Source: Candidatus Methanomethylophilaceae archaeon
Lineage (GTDB): Archaea > Thermoplasmatota > Thermoplasmata > Methanomassiliicoccales > Methanomethylophilaceae
Direction: 5' to 3'
DNA: 56,533 bases
Assembly (NCBI GenBank): GCA_028702835.1
Contig: JAQVOB010000001.1
Coordinates: forward strand, 1-56,533
Shown: positions 46,895-54,128 of the stretch, piece by piece
Layout: the number at the start of each line of letters is the position of its first letter
Numbering within the stretch: the stretch's first letter is position 1
Notes under the pieces: model-generated
The model's database searches: none
Seen by the model: only the letters and a program-made list of their open reading frames with translations
Told to the model about the DNA's origin: nothing
Made by a program: the position numbers and the translations under genes

Positions 46895-46970
46895 ATGATT
46901 TCCTCTTGACTCTTATTTAGATCGGGATAGCTCCCGTCCATCGCGTGCCCTATTGACATCAAGCTTATAA

Positions 46971-48071
46971 TTATTTCTTGGAGAACCGATCGGTTCTGCG
47001 CCCGCCCTGGGACTTTGTCGCCCCCTTTACACTTCCCCTTTTGGGCACGGCCCTCTTAGGCGGTTCCGGATATCTGCGTTTAATGTCTGCCAGCCTGGTC
47101 TCGAATTCGCTTACGAGCAGATCCCCTCTGTACTCCCCGCCGCAATTGTCTATCTTCGCTGCGATGAGCGCTTTGCCTGCAAGCGACCTGGCTATTTTCC
47201 CCCTTTGCCAAAAGGGAGCAGTGTGCACGGAAGGGTGCTGATAGAGCACTCCGTGCTTGGGTGGCCGTTTCCCGGACTTGAGGTGCCTGAACATGGCCTT
47301 CTCCGCACCCATTAGCTGCACTGTCGAGGACGGCAGCGATGCAAGTCTTCCAAGTCCTCCGGCCAGGGAGATCAGTCTTGCGGACAGCGGGCCGCCCAGC
47401 AACGCGCACATGTTGGGACACGATATCTCTACGATATCGGAGATGTAATCCTCTGTTCTCTCTTTGCTCATGTATACGGAGCACAGAGTCCCGGCAAGAT
47501 CCCTCACGGCCACAAGGTCCTCCGGGTCCATATCTGAGCCTATGGACTCTATGTCCAATTCCAGCGCGGATATGACTGATTCCCTGTCACCATAGTCACT
47601 TATGGCTCTGGCATATCGTTCATCCTTGGCATAGTCCGCAAGCTCTGGGAAATGCATGCCGTACCATTCGTGCAGCCTTTCGCTCATCAGGTTTGCTGTC
47701 TCGATCAGATCATCCAGGCTCCTTATCGCCTGTACGAGGTTCCTGTCCCGCGGGATCGGCTCGGATGTCCTCAGCCTCGCAAGGCCCATCATAGCCTCGT
47801 GCATAAGATCTGGGGGGAATCCGAAGGCTTCCGCCTTTATGAAAGAGGAATCGAAGAAAACGGGCTTTCCGAGCTCAGACTGTCTCCTTTCCGAGACCTC
47901 CAATTTCTCGCGACCTTGTGCCAGATCCCTCTCTTCAGGCAGAAGGCCTCCTCTCTGCATTATCGCCAGCTTCTCAGATATAGTATCTGCATCCTTTGGC
48001 ATCAGGCGTTTATCCAGTATCCTGTTCCCATCGCAAAGGAACACTCCGAACCATTTCGTCACGAGTATCAT
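46971..48071 (-). CDS. nop5: C/D box sRNP protein Nop5 (Nop56/58)
   Basis: Nop domain (AGGLGRLASLPSSTVQLMGAEKAMFRHL..PKHGVLYQHP) and a basic C-terminal tail. ATGA overlap with the upstream aldolase gene. Confidence 0.88.
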   Translation of the reverse strand: MILVTKWFGVFLCDGNRILDKRLMPKDADTISEKLAIMQRGGLLPEERDLAQGREKLEVSERRQSELGKPVFFDSSFIKAEAFGFPPDLMHEAMMGLARLRTSEPIPRDRNLVQAIRSLDDLIETANLMSERLHEWYGMHFPELADYAKDERYARAISDYGDRESVISALELDIESIGSDMDPEDLVAVRDLAGTLCSVYMSKERTEDYISDIVEISCPNMCALLGGPLSARLISLAGGLGRLASLPSSTVQLMGAEKAMFRHLKSGKRPPKHGVLYQHPSVHTAPFWQRGKIARSLAGKALIAAKIDNCGGEYRGDLLVSEFETRLADIKRRYPEPPKRAVPKRGSVKGATKSQGGRRTDRFSKK

Positions 48072-48679
48072 GGTGCATCGCCCGTTATCCTTTTGATCTC
48101 TGCTTCGGACAATCTTCCCGCCTCCGGAGTGAGGACCTGCAGATTGGCCTGGAACTCTAGTTCTTCCATGCGGTTGTATGCTTCGATGAGGTCCCTGCCC
48201 TGTGTCAGTGCGCCGTGGCGGGCCATAGTCATGGCCATATGGGAGTGCTTTTCCCTTATTGCATCTACAAGCTCTGCAGAACCGGGGGTGTGGTATCCGA
48301 CCATTGGCACCTCCCCTAGAAGTATGACGCCCTCGGGCGTGAGGCTGCAGTCCACCTTCTCCCCTCTGACGGCCAAGGCTGTGCAGTACAAAGGATGGCA
48401 GTGGATCACCGCATTAACGGAAGGGTTGGAATCGTAAAGAGCCAGATGGAAGAATCTTTCTATTGAGGGTTTTCCGCCGTCAAGGGGTTCTCCGTTCTTA
48501 TCTATCCTTACTATCTCCTTCTCGGTCAGAAGACCCTTGTTCTTGCCGGAGGGGGTTATGAGGAAAGTGCCGTCGTTCAATCTCACGCTTACATTCCCGC
48601 CGGCTGAGACAGTGAGCTTTCTCTCGTATAGCATCCTGCATATGCGGACCAGTTCGATTCTCCCGTCAGGATCATTCAT
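48068..48679 (-). CDS. Class II aldolase/adducin-family protein (FucA/MtnB-like)
   Basis: SAGGNVS, ITPSG, SIE (catalytic Glu context) and the zinc-ligand pattern VIHCHP...ARHG. ATGA overlap with the upstream isomerase gene. Confidence 0.8.
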   Translation of the reverse strand: MNDPDGRIELVRICRMLYERKLTVSAGGNVSVRLNDGTFLITPSGKNKGLLTEKEIVRIDKNGEPLDGGKPSIERFFHLALYDSNPSVNAVIHCHPLYCTALAVRGEKVDCSLTPEGVILLGEVPMVGYHTPGSAELVDAIREKHSHMAMTMARHGALTQGRDLIEAYNRMEELEFQANLQVLTPEAGRLSEAEIKRITGDAP

Positions 48680-49680
48680 CCCAGCACCTTCCGTATCTCA
48701 TTCGGTTTCAGTATCCCCATCTCGGTTATGAATCCGGTAACATATTTTGCCGGTGTCATGTCAAATGACGGATTCAGGGCCTTCGCCCCCTCAGGTGCTA
48801 TCCTGATCCCGGATACCATGGTTATCTCGTCTTGGGGGCGGTACTCGATCTTTATATCCTCTCCGCGGCGGGTACTGAAGTCGAATGTTGATATGGGCGC
48901 CGCAACGTAGAATGGAACTCCAAGCTCCTTTGCCAGAACCGCCTTCTCGAAGGTCCCTATCTTGTTGGCGAAGTCCCCGTTGGCCGCTATACGGTCAGCT
49001 CCCAGTATGACGAGATCGACACCGTCCCTCAGGAAGTGACCGGAAGCTCCGTCAGGTATTATGGCGTGATCTATGTCCTCCTGCAGAAGCTCCCAGGAGG
49101 TCAGCTGCATTCCCTGAAGGCGCGGTCTTGTCTCCGAAACGTAGACGAAAAAGTGCTTCCCTCCTTCATGAGCAGCTCTGATGGGTGCGAGGGCGGTGCC
49201 TACATCCACCGTTGCCAGGGCCCCGGCGTTGCAATGGGTCATCACTTTCGCCCCTTCTTTTATGAGCGGCTCGCCGTGCCGTCCTATCGCCAGGCATTTG
49301 TCGATGATCGTCTGCGCATAGGCATCTGCTGCTTCGATCGGGTCTGCGCCCCTCTCCAGAGCGTCGGTCATATGGTCCACGGCATAGAAGAGATCATAGG
49401 CGGTCGGTCTTGCTGCCTTTATGAACGCCGCAGCTTTTTCGAGGTCGTTCCCTTTAAGGGCGGCCAAGCACATCCCGTAGGCCGCAGTTGCACCGATCGA
49501 AGGCGCTCCTCTTGTGGTCATATTGCTGATGGATTCGGCAACATCCTGATAGTTGTCAAAGGAGACGAACTTCAATTCTCTCGGCAGCTTTCTCTGATCG
49601 ATCATGACGACTCTGCCTTCTTCGAACCAGACAGCTTTCACGTCCCTTACGCCGTTCTCCGTTTTCGCCTTCATTCGCAA
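48676..49680 (-). CDS. mtnA: Methylthioribose-1-phosphate isomerase-type protein (eIF-2B alpha/beta/delta family)
   Basis: N-terminal V.W.EGRVVMIDQRKLP, RGAPSIG, HCNAGALATV, ETRPRLQG, GADRIAANGD. Confidence 0.8.
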   Translation of the reverse strand: MRMKAKTENGVRDVKAVWFEEGRVVMIDQRKLPRELKFVSFDNYQDVAESISNMTTRGAPSIGATAAYGMCLAALKGNDLEKAAAFIKAARPTAYDLFYAVDHMTDALERGADPIEAADAYAQTIIDKCLAIGRHGEPLIKEGAKVMTHCNAGALATVDVGTALAPIRAAHEGGKHFFVYVSETRPRLQGMQLTSWELLQEDIDHAIIPDGASGHFLRDGVDLVILGADRIAANGDFANKIGTFEKAVLAKELGVPFYVAAPISTFDFSTRRGEDIKIEYRPQDEITMVSGIRIAPEGAKALNPSFDMTPAKYVTGFITEMGILKPNEIRKVLG

Positions 49681-49754
49681 ACCCTGATGTTGACAGCCTT
49701 CTTACGATTAATTGATATCGTTTGCGAGCGTCGGCAATCTTTATAACTTGGCGA

Positions 49755-50531
49755 ATGAGTATGTTGGCTGTGTCGAAAAGCAACATGTCCCACTCCGGTT
49801 TTGATATCTACTCGACCGTTGTGAACGGGAAACCGGAGCTGGTGCAGGTTTCCGAGCCTCTGCACCAGAGCATCTTACAGAATCTTTCTGATAGGAATAT
49901 GTCGTCGTCAGAGATATCAGAGGCGACAGGTAAAGCGCAGTCCACGTTATCCGTGCATTTGGATTCTCTTGTCTCGAGGGGCCTGATAAAGTCCCAGCCA
50001 GACCCGAATGACAGCAGGAGGAAGATATTCTCCGTATCGTCCACCAAGGTCGCATACTCAACCGATGCATCGAAGGAAGGGATAAGCGTATTCTACGACA
50101 TGGTTGACGAAACGGTCAAATGTGCACCGGAGGCATATTACAAGACACTACTGCGCACTCTCCTGGTGGAGTGCGAGGCTTATGGGATGCACATAGGTCC
50201 TGCTATGGAGAAGATAGGCGAGGCCATGGCGGTGAGAATGGCATCAGAGATTCCGCCCGGCAAGTTGGAGGATGTGATATCCTATGTTCAGGACTTCTAC
50301 GAGAAGAACGGGATGGGGGAGGTCTGCATCTACACATTCCTTCCTTTGACCATCATAATCCGGGACACGGAGACATATCCATTCAAGATAGACTCCATAG
50401 CCCAGTTCAGCCACGGCCTCTTCAAGAAGGTCTTATCCGAGACTATGAGAAGGACCTACATCATAACGAAGAGCGAGACGTTCGGTGCTGACAACAACTA
50501 TTACAAATTCATAATAGAGCTCAAAGAGTGA
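49755..50531 (+). CDS. wHTH (ArsR/TrmB-like) regulator with a C-terminal putative ligand-binding domain
   Basis: HTH region MSSSEISEATGKAQSTLSVHLDSLVSRGLIK. The C-terminal 150 aa are loosely V4R-like. The start is uncertain (TTG 49722, ATG 49755, 49761 or 49785). Divergent from the isomerase operon. Confidence 0.6.
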   Translation: MSMLAVSKSNMSHSGFDIYSTVVNGKPELVQVSEPLHQSILQNLSDRNMSSSEISEATGKAQSTLSVHLDSLVSRGLIKSQPDPNDSRRKIFSVSSTKVAYSTDASKEGISVFYDMVDETVKCAPEAYYKTLLRTLLVECEAYGMHIGPAMEKIGEAMAVRMASEIPPGKLEDVISYVQDFYEKNGMGEVCIYTFLPLTIIIRDTETYPFKIDSIAQFSHGLFKKVLSETMRRTYIITKSETFGADNNYYKFIIELKE

Positions 50532-51132
50532 AGGTCAGCAACACCCCGTTCCCGAGGACTTCGGCGCACTCCAGTGTCATCTTCTTCATTATGGGGTCAT
50601 CCCCGTCCGCCGGCGTGGGTGAGGTCCTGCCACCTATCATGCACGGCCCTACGAACACAGTGTACTTGTCTACAAGGCCCGCCCTGAAGAATCCGGCGAT
50701 GGTCTCCCCGCCACCTTCCACCAATATGCTGTCTATTCCCATTTCATCAAGAGCTTCCAGCATCAAGTTGAGGTCCAAAGGGTCCCCCGCCCTCAAGATC
50801 TCTTCTGCATCCCATTCTCTGTCGCAGGATGACGAGGTGACCATTACCGTGGGTGCTCTCTCATCGAGAACCAGCGCATCGTCCGGCGTCCTTCCGTGAG
50901 GATCGATGATCACCCGTATGGGATTGTCATCGTAGCCGAGGCCCTTAACGGTCAGATGCGGATTGTCGGATATCACGGTCCCGACTCCCACCAGTATGGA
51001 GTCGTACTCTTTTCTCAAATCCCGCACTCTGGCTATATCCTCGTCTGAGGATATCCTCATCTGTTTCCTGTCGGGACCTGCTATTTTCCCGTCCGCCGAC
51101 ATGGCGCAGTTCACATGAATGAAAGGTCTCAT
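50521..51132 (-). CDS. arfC: 2,5-diamino-6-ribosylamino-4(3H)-pyrimidinone 5'-phosphate reductase (RibD C-terminal type)
   Basis: MRPFIHVNCAMSADGKIA N-terminus and ILVEGGGET. About 200 aa, the archaeal riboflavin pathway reductase. Confidence 0.8.
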   Translation of the reverse strand: MRPFIHVNCAMSADGKIAGPDRKQMRISSDEDIARVRDLRKEYDSILVGVGTVISDNPHLTVKGLGYDDNPIRVIIDPHGRTPDDALVLDERAPTVMVTSSSCDREWDAEEILRAGDPLDLNLMLEALDEMGIDSILVEGGGETIAGFFRAGLVDKYTVFVGPCMIGGRTSPTPADGDDPIMKKMTLECAEVLGNGVLLTFTL

Positions 51133-52160
51133 ATCCTTCTCTCCGGGCTAACTGTGAAATTGTAGACGCTCTCTTTCCTCTCCACTCCGAAGCTCACATC
51201 GAGGAAGTCCTCTAAAGTGTCCATCTGGCTCAATAGGTGCCTGCTTATCCTGGAAACAGAGAACACGCTGTCCCCGTCGGCCATGGCCATATAAGGCAGC
51301 AGCTGGTCCGCAGTGTTAACATCCAGGGTGGCCCCGGATTCCATCTCTCTTATGAGATCGTTGGCGGCGTCCGTGCCTGCGTCCTTCGGGGAGCGTCCGC
51401 GTGCAGTTATCACGTTGCTTCCAAGGAATCCCTTCTCATATTCGGCCACAAGGCATAGGCCTGCACCTTTTGATATGCCTGTGGTCCGCTCAGTCTCTAT
51501 CTCTGCGCCTCCGAAGGGCTCCAGAGGCTTCTTGCACCCGCTGATGAGCTGTTTCGTTATCCAATCCGGAAGGTTCTGGATGAAGCATATGCCGCGTATT
51601 CTCTTCAGTTTTCCCAGATCTGGCAGTTTCAGAGGGTTTATCTTCCTGACCGGGTCCAGTATAGCTGACACTCTTCCGCCGCCTTCCGGGAAGAATCCTC
51701 TTTCCAGGATCTCAGCGTTCACCTTTATTCCCATCCGCTCCATAAGCGGGAAGAGGACCTGGTTGTAAGTGTCGATCGGCGGCGCCCACATGACATTCGT
51801 CCCTCCGGTTATATCTATCCTGAGGGGTTTGTCCGTCCTGCTGCCTGCTAAGAGCATGGCCTGAAGCACGAGGCTGACGCTTCCGGCGCTGCCGACATCC
51901 GTGTTCAGGCTGTATCTCATATCGTTGCCGGGTTTGAATGTCAGCTCTCTCGATCCGGGGGAGTTCCCGATGGCCACAGACCCAGTCATTTCAGCCACGG
52001 CGTTGATCGCTGTGCAATGCTGCCGAGAGAGCCCGTTCGTGGGTCTGTTCTCCCTTATCCTGGTCAGGTGAACCTCTTTGCCGGTAAGAGTGGACATGGC
52101 CACGGAGGTGCGCACCATTTGGCCGCCGCCTTCGCCTTTAGAACAATCTATTTCCAGCAA
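51129..52160 (-). CDS. rtcA: RNA 3'-terminal phosphate cyclase
   Basis: IDCSKGEGGGQMVRTSVAMS N-terminus and the histidine-loop context ADQLLPYMA. TTG start. Its stop overlaps the start of the downstream reductase gene (50521-51132) by 4 nt. Confidence 0.85.
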   Translation of the reverse strand: MLEIDCSKGEGGGQMVRTSVAMSTLTGKEVHLTRIRENRPTNGLSRQHCTAINAVAEMTGSVAIGNSPGSRELTFKPGNDMRYSLNTDVGSAGSVSLVLQAMLLAGSRTDKPLRIDITGGTNVMWAPPIDTYNQVLFPLMERMGIKVNAEILERGFFPEGGGRVSAILDPVRKINPLKLPDLGKLKRIRGICFIQNLPDWITKQLISGCKKPLEPFGGAEIETERTTGISKGAGLCLVAEYEKGFLGSNVITARGRSPKDAGTDAANDLIREMESGATLDVNTADQLLPYMAMADGDSVFSVSRISRHLLSQMDTLEDFLDVSFGVERKESVYNFTVSPERRI

Positions 52161-52218
52161 GATACCGCCCTGCCATAGTTAAATGCGAACAGCCATAAAA
52201 CTATATTGAAGATGTAAG

Positions 52219-52290
52219 TGCGACCACCGGGATTTGAACCCGGGTTAGAGGCTTGGGAAGCCACTGTCCTAACCACTAGACTATAGTCGC
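52219..52290 (-). tRNA. tRNA-Gly (anticodon CCC)
   Basis: The reverse complement, GCGACTATAGTCTAGTGGTTAGGACAGTGGCTTCCCAAGCCTCTAACCCGGGTTCAAATCCCGGTGGTCGCA, folds as a cloverleaf. It has a 7-bp acceptor, T-arm CCGGG/CCCGG, and anticodon loop TTCCCAA. There is one U-U mismatch in the anticodon stem and no encoded CCA. Confidence 0.85.
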
Positions 52291-52384
52291 AAGCTCTTCG
52301 AAAATCAGCTTCTACTATTTTAATGATGGTTCAGGTCATAACACGACCCTTATCCAGAGCCTGTATCGAATCAGGTGTGTCATG

Positions 52385-52394
52385 TTTTTATAAT
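52385..52394 (+). promoter_or_regulatory. TATA box for tRNA-Val(UAC)
   Basis: tttttataat ends 23 nt upstream of the tRNA 5' end at 52418. Confidence 0.5.
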
Positions 52395-52417
52395 CCTTCA
52401 ATCATCAAGACGGAGAC

Positions 52418-52493
52418 GGGCCCGTGGTCTAGGGGTTATGACGTTGCCCTTACAAGGCGAAGATCGCCGGTTCAAATCCGGCCGGGCCCACCA
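52418..52493 (+). tRNA. tRNA-Val (anticodon UAC), CCA encoded
   Basis: GGGCCCGTGGTCTAGGGGTTATGACGTTGCCCTTACAAGGCGAAGATCGCCGGTTCAAATCCGGCCGGGCCCACCA: perfect 7-bp acceptor, anticodon loop CTTACAA, T-loop TTCAAAT. Confidence 0.92.
52464..52493 (+). repeat. Left arm of a 30-bp perfect inverted repeat (tRNA-Val 3' half)
   Basis: TCGCCGGTTCAAATCCGGCCGGGCCCACCA. Its exact reverse complement is at 53941-53970. Confidence 0.9.
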
Positions 52494-52503
52494 TTCTTGA
52501 GCA

Positions 52504-52986
52504 TCATTCAAGTCCCAGGGCGAACCTGGCCGAAGCAACCACATATGCGGATTTGTCGTCCAGCAGCCTTTTCATCATATCGTCCAGTTCCGGGTCTGTC
52601 AGGGAGAGCTTGTTCCTGAGTCTGCCCGTTGCCCAGGCGGCCATGCCCCTCACGTCCCTGTTATCGTCGTTCGCAAGGATCTTGAGCGAGGATATGCACC
52701 TCCCATCCCCTATTCCGGCACCGGCGACCTCTCCCAAACCCCATGCCACGCTCTCTCTGATCTCCGGGTCCGGATCCCTCGTGAGGGGTATGAGTATATC
52801 AACGATCCTTGTGTCCGGGACTTTGTTCTGTCCCATTTTCGCAACGCACCAGGCCGCTTTCTTCCTCATCTCGGGCTCCCCGAGGAATGTCAGCTGGAAA
52901 AGCTCATCTAGAGTATCCGATCTGTCCTTCTTCTTCCGCAGATCCGATTCCAGCTCCGCCAGCCATTCTTCCTCGTTCACTGTCAT
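52504..52986 (-). CDS. HEAT-repeat (PBS-lyase-like) protein
   Basis: Repeats of the type DPDPEIRESVAWGLGEV, DDNRDVRGMAAWATGRL and DDKSAYVVASARFALG. The ATG at 52986 shares one base with the upstream stop (TGATG). The longer ORF reaches 53025. Confidence 0.65.
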   Translation of the reverse strand: MTVNEEEWLAELESDLRKKKDRSDTLDELFQLTFLGEPEMRKKAAWCVAKMGQNKVPDTRIVDILIPLTRDPDPEIRESVAWGLGEVAGAGIGDGRCISSLKILANDDNRDVRGMAAWATGRLRNKLSLTDPELDDMMKRLLDDKSAYVVASARFALGLE

Positions 52987-53156
52987 CACTTCTTTGGGGG
53001 AGGCAGCTCCTTGAAGAATTCGCATGTAGGATAATCGTGCTCAGGGTCGCACATCTCGTAATTCTCGAGCTTGAGAACATCCAATCTGATCCTCTTGGCC
53101 TTACAGCAGGCGCACCTGCCGTCTTTAGCCAGCCATAGGCACTTCGCATCAGTCAT
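52986..53156 (-). CDS. Cys-rich miniprotein (6 Cys in 56 aa), unknown function
   Basis: MTDAKCLWLAKDGRCACCKAK...EMCDPEHDYPTCEFFKELPPPKK. Its start overlaps the upstream stop (ATGACTGA) and its stop overlaps the HEAT gene start. Alternative ATG at 53177. Confidence 0.5.
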   Translation of the reverse strand: MTDAKCLWLAKDGRCACCKAKRIRLDVLKLENYEMCDPEHDYPTCEFFKELPPPKK

Positions 53157-53490
53157 CGCCGACTCCGGTGAAGACAACGCAGTTCGATCCTATCTGCTCT
53201 GCTCTGGATTTTGAAAGCATCCCCAACTCCAGCCATGCTGCCGAGACGACGCCTGAGGGCACCAGGCATGTTATGGTGCACGGGAAGCAGACCTTCGGGT
53301 CGAACACTCTGCTCCCTTCCCGGTTGGTTACATCCCCTATAGTGAGGCTGTCCCCCAGATTTTTGTAGTATTCCTTGACATGGTCGCAGTTGGTCGCTAT
53401 ATGGACCCTCAGATTGCCGTCCTCTTTTGCGGTAACCTTGATTTTGTGCTTCTTATCGCAGAATTTCATGTCAACCAGAACAGTTCCCAT
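53149..53490 (-). CDS. Uncharacterised Cys-containing protein, paralogue B
   Basis: 113 aa from the ATG at 53490, aligned with the paralogue A start (MGTVLVDMKFC versus MATVTVDMRFC). About 55% identical to paralogue A by my manual alignment. The ORF track allows 53511. Confidence 0.6.
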   Translation of the reverse strand: MGTVLVDMKFCDKKHKIKVTAKEDGNLRVHIATNCDHVKEYYKNLGDSLTIGDVTNREGSRVFDPKVCFPCTITCLVPSGVVSAAWLELGMLSKSRAEQIGSNCVVFTGVGDD

Positions 53491-53544
53491 GGTTATCCGT
53501 TTGAAATCCAATTACAAGTACAAAAACGGCACACACACGATTCG

Positions 53545-53880
53545 TTATTTCTCCGGATGGAAGACCATGGTGTTCTCCCCCACCTTATCGGCCCGGGATC
53601 TGGACAGCATCCCCAGTTCCAGCCACGCAGCGTTGATTATCCCCAATGGCGTCATGCACGTCATTGTAAGAGGCTCTGTGATCTTGGGATCGAGGATTCT
53701 GCTGTTCTCCTTGTCTGTCACGTCTTCAATGGTTATGATGCTGCCAAGATTCAAGCAGTACGCTCTCACACTGTCGCAGTCTGTATCTATGTGCAGATCC
53801 AGGTCTCCGTCATCCCTTAGAGTTACTGTGATCCTGCTCTTCCTCTCGCAGAATCTCATATCAACGGTCACTGTCGCCAT
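53545..53880 (-). CDS. Uncharacterised Cys-containing protein, paralogue A
   Basis: 111-aa clean ORF with AAGGAT SD-like upstream. Shares an invariant AAWLELGMLS.SRA block and three Cys positions with paralogue B. Confidence 0.6.
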   Translation of the reverse strand: MATVTVDMRFCERKSRITVTLRDDGDLDLHIDTDCDSVRAYCLNLGSIITIEDVTDKENSRILDPKITEPLTMTCMTPLGIINAAWLELGMLSRSRADKVGENTMVFHPEK

Positions 53881-53940
53881 GTATCCTTACGTATGCTGAA
53901 GCGACCTAAAGAAATATCATCCCTCTTGTTTCCAAGAGGA

Positions 53941-53970
53941 TGGTGGGCCCGGCCGGATTTGAACCGGCGA
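53941..53970 (-). repeat. Right arm of the 30-bp perfect inverted repeat (tRNA-Val 3' half)
   Basis: TGGTGGGCCCGGCCGGATTTGAACCGGCGA is the exact reverse complement of 52464-52493. Confidence 0.9.
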
Positions 53971-54016
53971 CCTCCGCAATGTCAATGCGACGTCATAACC
54001 CCTAGACCACGAGCCC
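53941..54016 (-). tRNA. tRNA-Val (anticodon GAC), CCA encoded
   Basis: Reverse complement GGGCTCGTGGTCTAGGGGTTATGACGTCGCATTGACATTGCGGAGGTCGCCGGTTCAAATCCGGCCGGGCCCACCA. Anticodon loop TTGACAT. TATA acatataaaag lies about 30 nt upstream. Confidence 0.92.
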
Positions 54017-54128
54017 GGTATTGCGGAGATACGCTCCCCACTTTTATATGTTTTTACGCAAAAGCCCCAGCCACCAAAATTCAGGGGCCTCAGAGAAGAT
54101 TTTAATCGGGGATACTATCCACGGGTCA

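Noticed and set aside
46895-46970. Possible C/D box sRNA in the spacers near nop5. I also checked 34343-34473 and 11424-11468.
   Set aside because: No RUGAUGA / CUGA box pairs in the proper arrangement were found on either strand. The spacer reads as a TATA box plus SD for aIF5A.
49705-49720. Near-palindromic CGATTAATTGATATCG as a specific operator of the divergent wHTH regulator.
   Set aside because: It is AT-rich and sits about 28 nt upstream of the isomerase ATG, so it may simply be the TATA box of a leaderless transcript. It is mentioned within the DHAP-shunt finding but not called as a separate site.
52219-52290. U-U mismatch in the anticodon stem of tRNA-Gly(CCC) as a sign of a pseudogene.
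   Set aside because: All other stems, the T-loop and the D-loop are canonical, and a TATA-like box sits about 27 nt upstream. Single non-Watson-Crick pairs at 28-42 are tolerated in functional tRNAs.
52494-53940. The tRNA-flanked cassette as an integrated mobile element or genomic island.
   Set aside because: There is no integrase, transposase, recombinase or phage/plasmid gene. There is no direct repeat of a tRNA 3' end (the repeats are inverted and belong to two complete tRNAs). I saw no obvious compositional break by eye. It is kept as a finding about architecture only, not called a mobile element.
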